DNA of 55,300 nucleotides, filler included, from Sphacelaria rigidula (lineage: Eukaryota), in the NCBI GenBank assembly GCA_964200075.2. It is 5 parts of 5 records of this genome, joined end to end, with 100 filler letters (N's around TTAATTAATTAA, not from the genome) between each part and the next. Parts side by side here need not be neighbours in the genome. Positions count along the whole stretch, not along the records: positions 44,322 to 55,300 come from CAXNAA020005589.1; 4 more parts are not named here. One strand, 5' to 3'. The position numbers were made by a program, and so were the translations under genes. The first letter of the stretch is position 1. Each line of letters starts with the position of its first letter. The notes under the pieces were generated by a model, which saw only the letters and a list, made by a program, of their open reading frames with translations, did no database searches and was not told the DNA's origin. Shown piece after piece: positions 51,341-55,300 of the stretch.

Positions 51341-53450
51341 TAGAGCGCTTTCATTCGTTCATCCCTACCATGTAACGTCATTTCATGTTGTTTACACTAG
51401 GCAGGTAGAGGGTTGACTGATGTTTGCTCTGTGTGCCTCTACCTGTGAACGCCCAGCGTCGTGATCTCCGACTATTGAGGAGAAACCCTCCAAGTTGTCC
51501 ATGCATATGCTACCGGGAGGCCTGGCCCTCTGCCCTCTAGAGTGCTTGGGACTCCAGCCACTGTCGGAACGAGTCTTACCGTGATTGCCTCGGTGGTATA
51601 AATTAAAATAGTACACTGGTCGGCAGTGGGGGCGGAAGGATGCGGATCAACCATTTTGGAACCCACTGACGATTCTTGTTTTTTATCAATCAGCATCATT
51701 TTGACTTGAAAATGACTGAAAACGATGTCGATTCATAAAAAAAACAGAAATCGTCAACGGGTTCCAAAAGGGTTAATTACTTCAAGTTTCTTGTCGAGAG
51801 TACTCCACAGTATATGATGATGCTGTGTATGATTTTCAGTGTCAGAAATGTGAGGACGTGAGAATCAAAAGAGAGTAAAGTCAAGTGAATTAGAGTCGAT
51901 GCCATGTGGGAGTGCTGATAGTCATTATCCAATCTGCGAAACCAAGATATCAGACATGTACCGGAGGAGAACTGGGGAGATACCTTGACACTACAGAGAT
52001 GTCCTGAGGAAGGAAAAGGGTTAAACACTGTGAGGGAATCTATGCATATATGTACACCTCCTGATTTTATGGGCGTGTTGTGACAGTCGTCTCTGAATAC
52101 GCACACACATGTGGGTTCCGTATCTGTGGGTTCCGTAACGCGAACTACGCGTTACGGCACCTCCGCAGAGGTGCTTAGGGTACGGTCATGGCTCAATATT
52201 CACTCAAGGTCGAGAAAAAAAAAACGTCGCGCCAGGAAGAATTTGCACACTCAGAAACAAAGATCACGTCCCGCCGGGAAGGCTTCGTACATTCAGGGCA
52301 AAACTCACGCCCTGCCTGGCAGACTCTGTGCATTTAGAAATAAAAATCACGTCCCGCCCGGAAGACTTCGTTCATTGTAGACCAAAAATCAGGATCAGGT
52401 CTACACGCGTCCTGTCCGGATCGCTTTTAACCCGAAAAAAAATGGTATATATCTTCAGTCGATATCCTACGGGTACGTACACTGAAGTACTCGGTACACC
52501 GGTTACCCTGACAACCTACGAGCTGGGCCAGCTTAGAAACTGCTAAAAGTTGCTCACACCGCAGCTTCTCCAGTTTCCCAAACGAACCCGATGTAAGCAT
52601 ATCACTGTGCAGTGCAGACCAACCTGGTAACACACAGCACCGCCGCTGAATGAAAGAAAAAAAAAAAAAGTACGGCATAATATATAACCTCAACGACGGA
52701 CGAAAAAAAAAAGAAAATCTGTCGGGATTCGAACTCATGACCTTCATAATTAGAGTCTCCCATCACTTGAATCATAGATGTGCAACAGCGTCACGCGAAA
52801 CGTTGCACGCACGGCCCAATTCGACGACTCTTGAGCTGAAACTTCACAAAGACCTTCTGCACCCAAGGGAATGATACATCGCGTGAGCAGCTGCAGAATT
52901 TCGAATCCCCATGACTTCCTTATTGTTATTTTTTTCTTCGCTGCTCACGTGATCTTCTGCACCTCGATCATAAAAAGCGGTTGTCAAACTTACAGCGTCC
53001 AACTCCTAATATCACGCCGTGCGTCGCCTGAGCGAGATTCACACCTACTCTTGGCTGGCCCAGCTCGTAGGGTCTTTGAGGACACGGTACCCTTCCCCCA
53101 ATTTCATCTTCACCTTCGTGTATCCGTGCGCCCCCACAGCTCTTGCCACCATGAGGATGGCCCACCAATCCAGCCCGAGAAACGTATGGCCGGGCAAAGT
53201 ATTCGATACAATGACGCACGGGCTCAGTCCGTCCAGCATGTCGCTGGGTGCATGGGCAAAAGTGGGATAGAAGGGGTGGATCGGCACGCACACCGCAAAA
53301 AGCCGGAAGGGCTTCTCAATCATGGATTCGATTAAACGTGATCTTCATTTTCAAACCATTGAACTCTTCTGATCACCACTGATCGGGGTGTTCCATCTAT
53401 TTAACCGCGAATTCTTGTCCTTACTGTTCCTCCGAAAATAATGTATCATA
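51330..53450 (-). pseudogene. Fanzor1-like relic (its N-terminus probably continues among the SINEs to ~55200)
   Basis: KPFRLFAVCVPI, DWWAIL, ELDAVSL (TDGVS-like), CCVLPG (~52625), RRISTEDIYHFFSG (~52432-52470), DSGWSPKHSRGQRARP..GDHDAGRSQV, HGRDE. Confidence 0.6.
51647..51776. mobile_element. piggyBac-like MITE
   Basis: Matches 12590-12721; right end AGGGTTAA. Confidence 0.7.
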
Positions 53451-53749
53451 CTCGGTTACTATCCATCTGCTTTATTTTTTGTTCATTGTCACACTTTGAA
53501 TAACACCCCCTTCCCTTTCTCGGGACTAGTCCGTGGTCTCGCAGGGACAACCCATCTCTGCGCGGTACACGCCGTGCATTTTGCTACTGTAGCGCTCAGA
53601 GAGTCAATCGACCCTTTGACACCGGCGGGGGTGGGTCACCTGTTTCTTCCGCTATAATAATTCCGCTATAATCATTTCCGATGCTCACCACATTGACTGG
53701 TCGATTCATTGATTCGCCTGATGGTCGCACATTCACATCAACTACTCCG

Positions 53750-54380
53750 GCGCGCCCCGGTGGTGTAATGCAAGGGCAGGTCGAGTAGAGTATACTCAAT
53801 TGCGGGGTATTTTGAAAATCGTGCTTAAAATTAAAGTACACAATTTGGGGGTAGGGTTTTAGGGATCGCTTTCCAGTTATGTTTCGGGTACGACCTCTAA
53901 CATTCTACCCTGATCTGAGTACCTCAAGCACGTCTTTCAAAATACCCCGCAGTGAGTATACTCTACTCGACCTGCCCTTGGTGTAACGGACCGACTATCG
54001 CCGTCAGGGTGGGGAGAACGAGAGTTCGATTCCCGATGCATTGAGTTTTTTCTTCGTAATATCTGATTTCCACCGTGGAAAGCGTGAAAAAGTGAGTAAA
54101 CAAAGTAGTCGACTAAGTTTGTTCGACGTGAGTTGCCGCGGTGCGGGAGTGCTGATAGTCATGACCCAATCTGCGAGATCCAAATGCAAAGCGTGTACCG
54201 AAGGAGAGACGGGATGATCCCTTGAGACCACGGACTCGTCCCCAGGAAGGGAAGGGTTTCAAAGTGCGACAAAAAAATAGAATAAAGACGCGGAAACCCA
54301 GGATTGGTCATCAGATAGAAAACAGAAGTACCAAAGGTCAACAATCAGAAGAACTCGCCGGAGAGAACTGGAGAAAAGGG
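53750..54380 (+). mobile_element. tRNA-derived SINE, family B (with a MITE nested in its head)
   Basis: GCGCCCCGGTGGTGTAA..GAGTTCGATTCCC head; related copies at ~885-1320, 3180-3570(-), 4168-4510, 4960-5560, 6788-7340 and 47080-47200. Confidence 0.75.
53771..53980. mobile_element. Second copy of the P-like MITE
   Basis: TIR CAAGGGCAGGTCGAGTAGAGTATACTCA; TSD GTGTAATG/GTGTAACG. Confidence 0.92.
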
Positions 54381-54619
54381 GGGCGTACTCATTTGTTGCT
54401 TGCCTTAGTCGTTTGACCATTGACCATGCATCCCTTTCGAGACAGAGCACCGTAGATATGTAAAAGGTATTTGTGCTTATCGCATGCGTCCTAAATACCT
54501 TTTACATATCTTATGCCCTTTTTTTGGGGAAGCTTATCGCATGCGTCCTACAATGCCTTCATGAAGCTTCTCCTCCACAACACTAAATTGGATGTTGATT
54601 TGTTTCGCTACTCCCGTAC

Positions 54620-54963
54620 CTGTGTTACCATCCCATCTATTTCGGACGCCAGTTTACACCTTTCGGTATACGTGGGAGCATCAGCCGGGGTCACACAGGA
54701 AGAAGGCCAACGCAGCAGTTTTTTCTATTTTTTTTCTAGTACTTCACCTTTCTTCTGCGGTGCGTGCCTTTACTTTTTGTTGCGAGAGAGGTTCGACGAT
54801 CCCTCTCCATCGTCGACCGTGGAGCCGTTTTGTGTACCCACGACATAGTCGCTCTCCACTGTTGGGTATAATGTAAGGAAAAATCCCAGATCGTGTGACT
54901 TCACGAAGATTCGTACGCACGACCCAACCGTGACAAGGCTTCGAGGTTACCAACTGACCCACC
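54620..54963 (-). mobile_element. SINE family A
   Basis: Minus-strand head GGTGGGTCAGTTGGTAAC; body matches. Confidence 0.85.
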
Positions 54964-55300
54964 CCTAATCCTCTGCGGGAAACAATCCGCAGGAGCGGTG
55001 ACTTTCTACAGTGCTCAATTCACGTTGCAAGTATCCATACATGAGCTCAAGGGTATAATACAGTAGGAGCCTGGCGTTTCGTGCCGAGGAACCCATGAAA
55101 TGCCGTGGAGACGTGTCGCATACCGTACATACAACAGGAACAACGGTCTCCTTACCTCTACACAAGTGGAGCAAGGACGTTACCCATCGCATTTACGCTT
55201 CCGCTTTGTGCATAGATCGCATCGCGGGGGGGGGGGGGGGGGGGGGGGTTGTGGTTTTGTGGGGGGGGGTCGTGAGAACAAAAAAGACAAATCCCTACCA

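Overview
Repeat-rich eukaryotic nuclear DNA; the composition and repeat types suggest a stramenopile/brown alga, which is my inference. It consists of five contigs joined by artificial N-TTAATTAATTAA-N linkers. I found no intact host gene. I translated the unique DNA between the repeats by hand, reading through stops and frameshifts. Almost all of it reads as degenerate Fanzor (eukaryotic TnpB-derived, RNA-guided RuvC nuclease) sequence: about 20-24 mutually divergent relics packed head-to-tail and tail-to-tail. About five are Fanzor2/IS607-type, three short segments resemble the IS607 serine-recombinase tnpA, and the rest are Fanzor1-type. The relics are interrupted by tRNA-derived SINEs, several MITE families with diagnostic TIRs and TSDs (P-like, Sola-like, Ginger-like, hAT-like, piggyBac-like), foldbacks and microsatellites. 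The Fanzor calls rest on by-eye recognition of motif order and spacing, not on a database search, and relic boundaries are approximate (about +/-100 bp).
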